From Methanobacteriota archaeon (GTDB lineage: Archaea > Thermoplasmatota > Poseidoniia > MGIII > CG-Epi1): 46,068 nucleotides of DNA. A program made the position numbers and the translations under genes. The notes beneath the pieces were generated by a model. It had not been told where the DNA came from. It searched no databases and saw only the letters and a list, made by a program, of their open reading frames with translations. The stretch is from contig JAPOKN010000004.1 of NCBI GenBank assembly GCA_029977605.1, positions 1-46,068 of the forward strand. Direction: 5' to 3'. Below, piece by piece: positions 11,001 to 19,450 of the stretch. How positions within the stretch are numbered: position 1 is the first letter of the stretch; the number at the start of each line of letters is the position of its first letter.

Positions 11001-12146
11001 CCATATTATATCTATTTAGATTCTAATAAATTGGGTTACAACAGTTTAGCATATGATCCAGAAGAAGATAATTCCTATGCATTTGTCTTCAGAGCACGTG
11101 GTGTAGAAGGTACAGCTGAGATTGGAAACGTACAAGTTGTGAGAACACAAGATACAGGTTTCTTCTTCGCTAAAGATAATCCAAATAAGCTAACTTATGA
11201 AATATTCCCAAGTTTAGCTGTAGAAATGGATTATTTCGCTAAGAACATAGGTACAGAAGACAATGAGTTCCAATTCACTCCTCACTTGGTTGCACAAGGT
11301 AAGGATTACATGGGAGCTGCATTCACAATAACAGTACAAGTGTTAGTTAATGGAGTAGAAGATAATGATGTATCTTCAACATCAGACGGTAATGGAACTT
11401 ACACATATGGAGTAGAAATGGCTCCAGATGATGAAGCATTAATTACTGTAAGATTCTTAGCTCCAGACTTTGACTCTGAGAAAGGTGAACCTGCAGGAAA
11501 CCGCAAATTCGATGTGAAAATGGATCCTACTGACACAGGTAGTGATGAAGAAATGAGAGAGCCAACTTCGGCAACCTTGTTCATTAAGCCATCACAATTT
11601 GTTCTAGGCGATATGTCATACGACAGAGCAGGAGTTCTTGAAGGCGATTCATTAGCAATCACTGTAAAAGCATGGAACGAAGGAAACTACGCTTCAGATG
11701 TCTTAATGGTGGTCTATGTAATTGATTCAACTGGAGATGCATACAACACACCAGACGGTGTAAAACGTATGACTAGAGTAGCTTCAACTACAGAACCAGT
11801 AATGGCACCAAAACCAGTTCTTGAGTCACAAGGAATCTATCAGACATGGTACCCAATAACAGCAGTTTGGGAAGAAGCATTCATACCAGGTGAAACAACT
11901 CAGGATTTCACAAATGTTGAGTTATACGCAATGATTAATCCAGATCCAGAGCAACAAGACGTTGACAATGGTTACAAGAAACAAGACGAATACTTGAACC
12001 AAAAAGACGACAATGATGCGTTCGGACAGATTGCAGTTGTTAAAGACAAATCATCTACTCCATCTTTCGCACTTGGAATAGTAGGTATGTCAGTAGCAGC
12101 ATTAATTGCAGCAGCTGGTGCTTCTCTAAGAAGAGAAGAAGAATAA
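5022..12146 (+). CDS. Giant secreted cell-surface protein (2374 aa): putative propeller region, four Asp-box-containing jelly-roll repeats, Ig/CARDB-like linkers, cupredoxin domain, C-terminal sorting signal
   Basis: Signal peptide ending ASA; four S-x-[DN]-[GD]-G-x-[NT]-W motifs each followed by [GA]NPL; HTVT...YYCKYHPMM; tail TPSF-TM-RREEE. Confidence 0.85.
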   Translation: MQETYKIEKRDWAATLMAVVVVVTMVTSTFVLFAPEASARTGSDSYGYSFKDSAETDGPTYDWTDIVSSGTKLLGSTTDGAQGPFNIGFDFEFYETSYDKFYNGGDNGYITFGGAVSNAWTPYALPATQLGQNAIVAGWFDGGFCTSRNPNSGVYYETVGDEGSRQLIIQMQDQVYWSARDGSSYCNSGSAWATNTITWQILLNEGSNSIVLQYKDATGGSFYDNEYLTSGIQGVVDGTQYGLQYKYRSTPSSTIADETAVKFVAPPPKRNDLKLSATTIPQPISLAEDNILGATVTNNGVNCDTAGDCTPVPETDVDVTASIFSVKETVTEFDFDDRSNAEGWTHSGIGGASSKWTQALNDGVGNYNYGEEGTDDGSWSSGRKSTTFSGLFSDNQRIHYDGTDILVADDGSNSVKKIDTTDNSVTTILGPDLTNLRNVLDVTSDEDYYYTLARASSTYSSTTRICKWDRDDGAMVGSCSTAGKYGTALTIYEDADELFLLQTSSSSTYRKIVGFSTSNLATNGKSISYGSGVSSYYYSQDIDADENTGDVYISYREYNGRMRAYERATDGSYCASTSCYTQVYTGARYPISMEVHDNYAYIMGYYYSSWYGGIKKMPTNSLSSITTVISSFTQGTYKGSLAITDSEDIYVSSNYAYSYYNFLNYQDAVYYFESGSTSGTATTTIGPAPTYLAALSSPAMDLSDAVGLEMSFKISYNFYFRYEGAYLEVSTDGGNNWEYISNDKLSGKKYYGTTYTTWGNPLVTSRDAWTYYDTDGRYSSYSNTENWKETTATLDEYTGYDDVRLRFVVGYNTYSMSYYNAFFRVDDVSFTALEADETFATETQTIDSLDFKASESVSFFATNKFKPSAEGLQVGDTVGISINVPGNANDEDKTNQRVVVFREVKYVIFSDDFEGGDKGWTDGKVQYGTSDWAVRSISASSGANSMDSGYRNSNPVPSDTYVSTPALDLGLPVEAELQMKIAYYGYYTYDGYQAQISDDGGSTWSMITPIGGYPNNIYNYAYYGNPLRGQPAYTYYGSSTGFTSSPDSNKYIDVKFNLDAYTGQDDIMFRWVAGWSSIPTGYGFYNSFLRFDDFAVTGLVYNDNVGVSALELPDPIGIDETIALSTTVINAGINNQTAGAAKVRLQLGPMGLATYDTSDDIEYTSVSEAAAAGWSMTDKVCNTTYGTCTSWGSPAGFTIVADDDTTALGPEDGEFEMYYSGGSTETTTPTLNFADAESDLKLTLKHRYNFDYYSGMSTAYNGGQVLISTDDGDNWELFTPEGGYPGTMYNYAYYANPLYNQAGFVHCGDCSGVSGTASDNEDKYIETVFDMADYVGETEVKLKFQVGMYRYQYPGDGEHWYIDSLAFTGTGMESVAFEEIVAISGAAGPFVSGEKFEYSKDYHFQVPGEYKIEFTTWIGSDPSAGDDFTGDNTAAATRETMFTIAGTTADADATSNKNDELNRMYYEDDWTSAKDGGPQDGHQWRTDSTSSSPDSPVWWVGPDAYGSSYNGDDVSLMSPVIDLSQATSAKLVFDHVFSFYASIGNYNYYYDGGRVEISTNGGSTWSALPVTSGQGYGGSVYNYAYYGNPLRGQQAFVASSSAGNSMVETQCSLNDYTGEGFDNVRLRFRYGGAFPNWGSTWSIDNVGIYGLGFDLKQTSSSVPYTLEVGESSTITTSFINQGKGDLGAGGAMSEAYAYAYVNDMSGNELWSSSSSLGNLDMAYYDENGNTFAGESTPTISFDFPGMSNAGMYTAGVMVADSNGDMLSDLFSANNDANHMLLVGLGADMGSPMLAGGSNWGAASDVPSDVGAGALGVAWDETGVATGTLDIDIASQGTGFVPESPTVQIGTTVKWTNSDTMTHTVTDKASEFDSFDIAPGSSFELTFNEIGVFTYYCKYHPMMEGTITVTSDNSADEQARTNYINVWSAESYLFFWAKYDLSDDSAISVYAQKKGSDIDDAGTLALWGANGFKIMDGSDHSEVGDSLTGDSGWNPYYIYLDSNKLGYNSLAYDPEEDNSYAFVFRARGVEGTAEIGNVQVVRTQDTGFFFAKDNPNKLTYEIFPSLAVEMDYFAKNIGTEDNEFQFTPHLVAQGKDYMGAAFTITVQVLVNGVEDNDVSSTSDGNGTYTYGVEMAPDDEALITVRFLAPDFDSEKGEPAGNRKFDVKMDPTDTGSDEEMREPTSATLFIKPSQFVLGDMSYDRAGVLEGDSLAITVKAWNEGNYASDVLMVVYVIDSTGDAYNTPDGVKRMTRVASTTEPVMAPKPVLESQGIYQTWYPITAVWEEAFIPGETTQDFTNVELYAMINPDPEQQDVDNGYKKQDEYLNQKDDNDAFGQIAVVKDKSSTPSFALGIVGMSVAALIAAAGASLRREEE

Positions 12147-12158
12147 GTAAGTCAATGA

Positions 12159-12192
12159 GGAAAAGGGGAAGTTTTACTTCCCCCTATTTTCC
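12159..12192 (+). terminator. Stem-loop after the giant surface protein gene
   Basis: GGGGAAGT-TTT-ACTTCCCC perfect 8-bp stem, flanked by GGAAAA and TTTTCC. Confidence 0.6.
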
Positions 12193-12243
12193 GCTTTAAA
12201 TATTAGCGTCAGCTTTAATGAGGCCTAGTTTTAAATCGGGAAT

Positions 12244-13152
12244 ATGGCGGAGCCAATATCATCAATGGGAACATTGATTCTGATTACAATAGGATTATTA
12301 GTTTCATACTATTGTTTACGAAACCAGTTCATGGTTTCCCAGTCATTGGTTTTCATAAATTTTTCAATATTCGCAAGTTGGTGGATGATTTATCTACTAT
12401 CTCCAAAATTAGGAATTGAAGCTCTAATTGATCTAGGTTTCAAATCGCAATACATTGCCGAGCCACAATTTAGATTAGTTTCGATCATAACAGCTATGTT
12501 CATGCACGGTGGTTCGATGCATATTCTGATGAATATGCTAGTTCTAATTTTGTTAGGAGTTCCATTTGAAGAGAGAATAGGTTCTAGGTCCTTTTTTCTG
12601 ATTTACTTTATTTCAGGAATTTTAGGTTCTTTGATCACAGGGTCAGTATCAGTTTTCAATGCAGAAGGCCTTAACACATTGAATATAGGAGCCTCGGGCG
12701 CCGTTTTTGGAATAATGGGTGGTTTTGCCTTATTGTATCCTCGAGATGAGATACCAATGTTACTAGGTCCAATTTTTCTCCAAAGAGTCCCTGTGATTCT
12801 TGCAACAATAGTCTTTGTGGCGATGGAAACACTATATGTTGGAATGAATACACAAGACGGTATTGGCCATGGAACACACATGGCTTCATTTATAGCAGGG
12901 GTTTTTCTTTCACCATTGTTTCCTAAGAGGGGAATTGTTGAAAAACAATCAATTAGTTTTGATATAAATTATCTTACTAAATTATATGATAAAAGTAGTA
13001 AAGGTGAATACGAGTTATCAATGTTGAAACAGGCAGATGAACCAGAGTTACAATCAGCCTGGTTAGAAACATTCTTAGAGAAACAAACATGCTTAGAATG
13101 CACTGGCAAGCTAGATTCAAAGGGCGTTTGTTCAGATTGCGATACTAGTTAG
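12244..13152 (+). CDS. Rhomboid intramembrane serine protease with C-terminal CxxC..CxxC zinc ribbon
   Basis: FMHGGSMHILMNM, catalytic GASG, HMASFIAG; tail CLEC...CSDC. Confidence 0.9.
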   Translation: MAEPISSMGTLILITIGLLVSYYCLRNQFMVSQSLVFINFSIFASWWMIYLLSPKLGIEALIDLGFKSQYIAEPQFRLVSIITAMFMHGGSMHILMNMLVLILLGVPFEERIGSRSFFLIYFISGILGSLITGSVSVFNAEGLNTLNIGASGAVFGIMGGFALLYPRDEIPMLLGPIFLQRVPVILATIVFVAMETLYVGMNTQDGIGHGTHMASFIAGVFLSPLFPKRGIVEKQSISFDINYLTKLYDKSSKGEYELSMLKQADEPELQSAWLETFLEKQTCLECTGKLDSKGVCSDCDTS

Positions 13153-14619
13153 CTAAGCAGTCAGGAAATGGTCGTAGAATAGGGCAACAACTATTGAGCC
13201 TATAGTACAAGTTATAATCATAACAGGAACTCCTACACCAAGCCATTCTTTGGTTGAAATTTTGTGCCCGCCTCTTTCGCTAATTGCAATGGTCATAACG
13301 TTTGCACTAGAACCAATAGGGGTAGCATTTCCTCCAAATCCACAGCCAATAGCTAAAGCCCAATACAGAGGGATAATATCTACTTCAGCTACACCAGTAA
13401 TTGGATCTTTACTTAATTCTCCTATTTCTAGTATTACAGGTAGCATAGCTGCACAAAAAGGAATGTTATCAACTATGGCAGATGCAATAGCGGAAACCCA
13501 AATGAGAACAATAACCAATACCACGGGACTGTTATGTATTGATCCATCAGGTCCAAAATTATCAAATATCATATTAGCTATAGCCTCTAGATATCCCATA
13601 GCTTCCAGCCCTCCAACCATAACAAATAACCCTGCGAAGAATAAAAGTGCACCCCATTCGACTTTATGCACAACTTCATGGATATCCATACGTTTTTCCT
13701 CGGGAACGCCTAGCATACTAATTGACATAGCAATACCTGCACCACCGAGAGATACTGCGGAAATTTCTAAATCTAAATGCAAAAGTTCCACAGCAGCAAA
13801 CATTACAACAGTTACTGCCAAAGCTCCTAAAGTTCTGTACATCAAAGTATCATTTTTTACAGCTTCCCATTCATCTTCACTAGTTACTTCTTCCACATTC
13901 TGAGGTTTAACTTCTCTCCAGTTTTTGAAGTGGCGATGCATAAACCAGAGAGTAGCACCCCAAGCAATTATGGCCAAAGGAGTTAAGTGGTAGATAAAAC
14001 TCATAAAACCGAATCCTAAGCCTCGAGCGCTTGCATATGACGCGATTAAAACGTTAGGAGGATCTCCTACTAATGTTGCAACACCTCCTGTGTTTGAAAA
14101 GATTGCTAGGGCAATTAGTGGTGGGATAGGATTAATTTCAATCTTAGAGCAAATTTTTAGGGTTACAGGTGCAATTAGAATCAAAGCTGTAACATTATCA
14201 ATAAAGACGGAGATTACAGTGGTGAAAGTTCCTAGATAGAATACCAATTTCCAAGGATCTCCGCCTGATAATTTTGTAGCTTTTATTGCCACAAATTCAA
14301 AGAAACCACTTATTTCTAGCATTCCAGCAAAGATCATCATTCCCAATAGTAATCCTATGACGTTGAAATCTATAGCCTCAAACAGATTATTTTCACATAC
14401 AGCACCGGCTTCACCGTGACCACCTCCTGTACACCAAGTTAGAGAATTGTAGTAAGTTCCAACCAGGAGCATTCCAACGGCACCTCCCCAAGCTGCTAAA
14501 ACACGATCTACAATTTCCCCTAAAATTAAAGCGAAAGCAATCAAAAATACCAGCAAAATTAAAATGGCCTCAATAGACCCAGTATCAGCTACATAACTAC
14601 TAGTTGCATCTGTCGACAT
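13153..14619 (-). CDS. ArsB/NhaD (IT superfamily, P-protein-like) permease
   Basis: Multiple TM helices; IDNVT, SNTGGVATLVGDPPN, VDNIP, GGNATPIGSSAN. Confidence 0.88.
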   Translation of the reverse strand: MSTDATSSYVADTGSIEAILILLVFLIAFALILGEIVDRVLAAWGGAVGMLLVGTYYNSLTWCTGGGHGEAGAVCENNLFEAIDFNVIGLLLGMMIFAGMLEISGFFEFVAIKATKLSGGDPWKLVFYLGTFTTVISVFIDNVTALILIAPVTLKICSKIEINPIPPLIALAIFSNTGGVATLVGDPPNVLIASYASARGLGFGFMSFIYHLTPLAIIAWGATLWFMHRHFKNWREVKPQNVEEVTSEDEWEAVKNDTLMYRTLGALAVTVVMFAAVELLHLDLEISAVSLGGAGIAMSISMLGVPEEKRMDIHEVVHKVEWGALLFFAGLFVMVGGLEAMGYLEAIANMIFDNFGPDGSIHNSPVVLVIVLIWVSAIASAIVDNIPFCAAMLPVILEIGELSKDPITGVAEVDIIPLYWALAIGCGFGGNATPIGSSANVMTIAISERGGHKISTKEWLGVGVPVMIITCTIGSIVVALFYDHFLTA

Positions 14620-14650
14620 AAGTTAAATATTCAAAGGTAGGATTAAAAGC

Positions 14651-16945
14651 TTAAGCCATCCTATTCCATAGAGGTTCGGTCCATTTTTTTCTCAATTCTT
14701 CAATTGAAAACATGATACTTTCTTTTTCATTTAATACAAAGTTCACGTTCTTATTTACAGTTCCAATTTTTTTAGCAAAATCAAATCTTTTAGAAAATTC
14801 TCCTTCGAGGCCAGGTTTAACTTGAACGATCCATCTTCCATTTGATTCATTAAATAATTCTAAATCAGCCCTCATGTCTCCAGATAAATTTATTTCAGCT
14901 CCAACTCCACTCATGCACATTTCAATTATTGCAAGTGCCATACCTCCTGTAGAAATGTCATGGCATGCGACAACTTCTCCGCATTCGATAGCATCAATTA
15001 GTTGTTCCATTCTAGGAATAAATGAATCAAAGTCAGTGGTAGGTACATTAGGGCAATTAATGCCTAAGGTTCTATAATACAAACTAGCGCCCAGCTGTTG
15101 TTTATTGTCTCCTACTAGCCATATATCACCTTCATTCTTCAAATCACTAGTAACACATTTTCTGATATCATCAACAAGTCCGATTCCCATTAGAACAGGT
15201 GTAGGAGGTATTGCACCTTCAGCAGTCTCGTTGTATAAGCTAACATTACCTGAAACATAAGGGACGTCAACAGAAGTTGCGGCATCTCTGAGTGCATCAC
15301 AACTTGACTTAAATTGTCCCATAATCTCAGGCCTTTGAGGATTTCCAAAACATAAACAATCAGCTAATGAATCAATCCTAGCACCTACAGAAGCCAAATT
15401 ACGACAAATCTCCTCGACAGCGCTCATTGTGCCATGGTATGGATTGGCTTCCATCAAGTGAGGATTGATGTCTGTAGTCAAAGCAAGCCCTTTCCAAGAA
15501 TCCTCTACAGGCTTTAATACCGATGAATCTCCATGAACTTCTTTACCGATTTTACCCTGAATTGGTTTAATTGCTGTAGCGCCCCTGACCTCATGATCAT
15601 ATTGCCTAATTACCCAGTCTTTCGAAGCAACCTCAGGATTACTGATAATTTCCTCTATTGTTTTAGATAAATTCAAAGGAAGTTCAGGTAATTCTACCGC
15701 TTCTAAATTGTTAACTTCAGGTAAAGTATATGGCCGATTGTATACTGGCCCTCCGGTTGTAAACTCTAAGTCCAAATTCAAAATTTCAGTATTGTGAAAT
15801 CTTACAATATTTCGTTTTTCTTTGATTACTTCTCCAATTGCAACAGCTTCGACGTCCCATGCATTACACCGATCTAGAACGGTTTGTACATCATTAGGCT
15901 TAACAGTAAACATCATTCTTTCTTGAGATTCAGAAACCCAAATTTCCCAGGGTGCCATATTTTTTAATTTTAAATGAACTTTTTCTAAGTCAACTTTTGC
16001 ACCAAAACCAGCATCTAAGGCAAGTTCACCTACAACACAGGAGAGTCCGCCACCTCCTAAATCTTTCATTCCAGTTAATAATCCTAATTCATTCAATTCT
16101 AAGCATAAATGCATCAAAGGTTCTTTTGTAATGGGATCGCCTAATTGAACTGCTCCAATATCATCTTCAGATCCGGCATCTAAATCTCTAGAAGCAAAAG
16201 TAACGCCATGTATTCCGTCTCTTCCTGTTTTTCCACCGGCTAATATGTAAATATCACCTATATCTCCAGCATGACTATGAATCATCAAATCTTTTTTTAC
16301 TATACCAATGCACCCTACATTTACTAAAGGATTTCCAGTGTATCTTGGATGGAAAGCAACTTGTCCAGCAACAGTTGGAATTCCTACTCTGTTTCCGTAG
16401 TCTCGAATTCCGGCTACGACGCCACCCATTAGGTATTGTGGATGTTTAATCCCATCAGGAAGCTCATCGCGAGGCAAGTCTAAATTTCCAAAAAAGATAG
16501 GATCTACAAGCGCAATAGGTTGTGCGCCCATGCACACGACATCCCTTAGTATTCCTCCAATTCCGGTTGCAGACCCTCCGTAAGGATCCAATGCAGAAGG
16601 ATGATTATGGGATTCTAATCCGACAGCATAATAATGCTCATCATCAAATTCCATAATGCCTGCATCTTCCCGTGCGACAACTTTTTTTGATGATTTCAAC
16701 CCAAAAACAGTTTCTTCTAAAACAGGTTTTGATGATTTATAGCAACAATGTTCAGACCATGCTTGATCTATAGCCTGTAGTTCAACATCAGTGGGTTTTC
16801 TTCCTTCTTTAGAAAAGTATTTTTTTACATTTTCCATTTCATCACTTAGTAAACCAAGCCCTAAAGATTTTACAACTTCATCCAAATCAGAATTCTCTAA
16901 ATCAACGTAAAAAACATTTTCCAAATTTTTAACCGGTTCAAGCAT
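14651..16945 (-). CDS. purL: Phosphoribosylformylglycinamidine synthase subunit PurL (small type)
   Basis: WSEHCCYKSS, ESHNHPS, DLGGGGL, SESQERM, SGNVSLYN. Confidence 0.97.
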   Translation of the reverse strand: MLEPVKNLENVFYVDLENSDLDEVVKSLGLGLLSDEMENVKKYFSKEGRKPTDVELQAIDQAWSEHCCYKSSKPVLEETVFGLKSSKKVVAREDAGIMEFDDEHYYAVGLESHNHPSALDPYGGSATGIGGILRDVVCMGAQPIALVDPIFFGNLDLPRDELPDGIKHPQYLMGGVVAGIRDYGNRVGIPTVAGQVAFHPRYTGNPLVNVGCIGIVKKDLMIHSHAGDIGDIYILAGGKTGRDGIHGVTFASRDLDAGSEDDIGAVQLGDPITKEPLMHLCLELNELGLLTGMKDLGGGGLSCVVGELALDAGFGAKVDLEKVHLKLKNMAPWEIWVSESQERMMFTVKPNDVQTVLDRCNAWDVEAVAIGEVIKEKRNIVRFHNTEILNLDLEFTTGGPVYNRPYTLPEVNNLEAVELPELPLNLSKTIEEIISNPEVASKDWVIRQYDHEVRGATAIKPIQGKIGKEVHGDSSVLKPVEDSWKGLALTTDINPHLMEANPYHGTMSAVEEICRNLASVGARIDSLADCLCFGNPQRPEIMGQFKSSCDALRDAATSVDVPYVSGNVSLYNETAEGAIPPTPVLMGIGLVDDIRKCVTSDLKNEGDIWLVGDNKQQLGASLYYRTLGINCPNVPTTDFDSFIPRMEQLIDAIECGEVVACHDISTGGMALAIIEMCMSGVGAEINLSGDMRADLELFNESNGRWIVQVKPGLEGEFSKRFDFAKKIGTVNKNVNFVLNEKESIMFSIEELRKKWTEPLWNRMA

Positions 16946-17191
16946 TTATTTTGCCACCGAAATAGAATATTCATGAACTACTGGATTTGCTAATAATTTT
17001 TTGCAAATTTCCTCAGATTCCTTAATTGCTTCAGTTTCGTTCTTATCAATAGTAATTCTGTAGCATTTAACAGAGTCCACTTTTTTAACGCTATCAAAGC
17101 CTAATAAATCTAGGGCTTTTTTCACATTAACGCCTTCTGGATCAGCCATTCCTGATTTTAGTCCAACCTGTATTTCGATTTCAGTAGTCAT
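16946..17191 (-). CDS. purS: FGAM synthase subunit PurS
   Basis: DPEG and LLANPV motifs; directly upstream of purL. Confidence 0.95.
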   Translation of the reverse strand: MTTEIEIQVGLKSGMADPEGVNVKKALDLLGFDSVKKVDSVKCYRITIDKNETEAIKESEEICKKLLANPVVHEYSISVAK

Positions 17192-17261
17192 AAAAGTCTA
17201 ATGTTACAGATTAAGGCCAGAATAAAAATTAATCGGCATAATTTTAGAGTTAATATAGGAA

Positions 17262-17744
17262 TCAGATAAGATTAAAATAGTCGAAAAGAAGTATGGCAAG
17301 CAAGGTTTGAAACCCTGCAGCAATGTCATCCAATAAAATTCCATGGCCTCCATGGAGTTTTTCTAAATTTCTTGCAGGCCATAATTTTGCTACATCAAAA
17401 ATACGGAATAAGATAAATGATAAAAACCAAATATGATTTTCCATTGAAAATTGAATAAGACTCAATGAAGCAATTATAATAAGATATCCAATAACTTCAT
17501 CTAGGACATATATTCCAGGATCGCCTCCATACTTTTTTTCAGCCCAAGGTGCTAATATTAAGCCAAAGTAGTACATTATAGGAATTAATGTTAGTAAAGC
17601 ATATCCTGCATTGCTTTCAAGATAATTAGTTAGTAAGAATCCTAGTACAACACCGCCTAAAGTTCCAAATGTCCCAGGAGCAATAGGAGCCCTTCCTAAA
17701 AAGAAGAAAGACAGATAAATTTCTTTGAATAACTCTTTATTCAT
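17262..17744 (-). CDS. pgpA: Phosphatidylglycerophosphatase A
   Basis: APGTFGT, DPG..VLDE, FRIFD..K.WP, GILLDD. ATG 17744 overlaps the upstream stop. Confidence 0.9.
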   Translation of the reverse strand: MNKELFKEIYLSFFFLGRAPIAPGTFGTLGGVVLGFLLTNYLESNAGYALLTLIPIMYYFGLILAPWAEKKYGGDPGIYVLDEVIGYLIIIASLSLIQFSMENHIWFLSFILFRIFDVAKLWPARNLEKLHGGHGILLDDIAAGFQTLLAILLFDYFNLI

Positions 17745-18366
17745 TTTTAGCCTCAACCCAAAAATGGTTCATTCTTTGTATGGCAGTTAGATTTCCTAAT
17801 ATTGCCAGCACGGCAACTACGATGGTAACGATAGTCTCGACATCTCCCATTAATTCACCAATCAACAATCCCATTCCTAAAATAAACCACCTTTCGGGCC
17901 TTTCAATTAATCCAATACCTTCTTGTGAAACACCTAGTCTTTCGGCAGCTGCGCGACAGTATGATGTTTGAAATGCTCCAATCATTGCAGCCATTGCCCA
18001 CATTTGTCCAGAAATAAACTCAAGGCTTTCAATAGGCAAAGGATTTACCCAATCGCAAAGAATTAGGGCACTAAAAGCGATACAATCAGCATATCTATCT
18101 AAAGTCGCATCTAAGTATCCGCCTCTTACAGAACTGGTTTTTGTCGCTCTTGCAACTAATCCATCTGCACCGTCGAAAAGAGATGCAATCATCCCTACCA
18201 AAAAAGCGTAATAAATATTTTGATCGTATAATAGCAATGCAGCATACATAGTCAAAGCAACTCCAGAAATTGTAATATGATTCGGTTTGATGCCGAATTT
18301 ACCAAGTCCTTTGGCCAGCGGATCAAACAGCTTTCCAGCAGCAGTTTTCAGAGTTTTACTAAGCAT
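17737..18366 (-). CDS. CDP-alcohol phosphatidyltransferase (PgsA / archaetidyl-glycerophosphate or -inositol-phosphate synthase type)
   Basis: PNHIT, DGADGLVAR-x8-G-x3-D-x3-D, SYCRA, GLIERPER. Start moved to ATG 18366. Confidence 0.88.
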   Translation of the reverse strand: MLSKTLKTAAGKLFDPLAKGLGKFGIKPNHITISGVALTMYAALLLYDQNIYYAFLVGMIASLFDGADGLVARATKTSSVRGGYLDATLDRYADCIAFSALILCDWVNPLPIESLEFISGQMWAMAAMIGAFQTSYCRAAAERLGVSQEGIGLIERPERWFILGMGLLIGELMGDVETIVTIVVAVLAILGNLTAIQRMNHFWVEAKNE

Positions 18367-18425
18367 GGAAGTAAAATGACATGGGAGAGGCTCTTTTAGT
18401 CCCTTGTCCAATGAGCAAATAGCTT

Positions 18426-19388
18426 ATGGACCGAGACCTGATAAAACAACAATTAGAATATGCGCTAGAAGGAACAAACTTTGATGACCAAGGGGAATTA
18501 TACAAAGGTAAAGTTCGAGATAATTACATTAACGAAGAGACGATAACTATGGTTACCACTGATCGAATTTCTGCATTTGACAGAGTTCTAGGTACTGTAC
18601 CATTCAAAGGTCAAGCTCTAACGGAATTAGCAGATTGGTGGTTTGGTGAAACTGCAGACATTGTAGCAAATCACATAATTAAGCGTCCACATCCTAATGT
18701 TTGGAAAGTTAAAAAATGTGAACCAATTCAAGTTGAGATGGTAGTTAGGGGCTATCTAACTGGCGTAACCTCAACATCAGCATGGACGGCTTACCAAAAA
18801 GGAGATAGAAATTTTTGTGGAAATGAGTTGCCAGATGGCATGCGTAAGAATGAAGCCTTTCCAGAACCTATAATCACACCGTCAACAAAGGCAGCACAAG
18901 GTGAACATGATGAATCTGTTGCCCCATCGGAATTGTACAAAAGAGGTGCTGTTGATCCTGGCCTTTACAAGGAATTAGCACGTATTTCAATGAGATTATA
19001 TGAAAGAGGAGTTTCTAGAGCAGCTGACCATGGAATGATATTTGTTGATACAAAATATGAGTTCGGAATATCTAATGGTAAAATAATGCTGATGGATGAA
19101 GTCAACACTCCAGATTCAAGTAGATATTGGATGAAAGATGATTATGAAGATAGATTTGAAAAAGGTGAAGAACCACGTAAGCTTGACAAAGAATACGTCA
19201 GAACCTGGCTTTCTGAGCAAGGTTTCACTGGAGAGGGTAAGCCACCTAAGCTTACAGATGAAATTCGAGTTGAAGCATCAGCAAGATATATGGAAGTAGT
19301 TGAAAAATTCACGGGAGAACCTATGCAATTGGATGTAGGGCCTGTAGATAAATCAATATACTCGATACTCAATCCATTTGCATATTAG
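18426..19388 (+). CDS. purC: SAICAR synthetase
   Basis: GKVRDNY, TDRISAFD, VVRGYLTG, TPSTK, DTKYEFG, DEVNTPDSSRYW. Confidence 0.97.
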   Translation: MDRDLIKQQLEYALEGTNFDDQGELYKGKVRDNYINEETITMVTTDRISAFDRVLGTVPFKGQALTELADWWFGETADIVANHIIKRPHPNVWKVKKCEPIQVEMVVRGYLTGVTSTSAWTAYQKGDRNFCGNELPDGMRKNEAFPEPIITPSTKAAQGEHDESVAPSELYKRGAVDPGLYKELARISMRLYERGVSRAADHGMIFVDTKYEFGISNGKIMLMDEVNTPDSSRYWMKDDYEDRFEKGEEPRKLDKEYVRTWLSEQGFTGEGKPPKLTDEIRVEASARYMEVVEKFTGEPMQLDVGPVDKSIYSILNPFAY

Positions 19389-19450
19389 CTGAATAGTCAG
19401 CTTTATATCATATGCTCGAGGTTTACAAATTCCTAGAGGCGTATTTAGTT

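Noticed and set aside
5022-12146. Giant proteins as M6 metalloproteases or sialidases
   Set aside because: The modules recall non-catalytic immune-inhibitor-A-like and Asp-box domains, but I found no HExxH or sialidase catalytic motif in either giant protein.
13250-13903. 217-aa antisense ORF and the many other 60-145 aa ORFs nested in long genes
   Set aside because: They are shadows of well-supported genes on the opposite strand or another frame, with no motifs.
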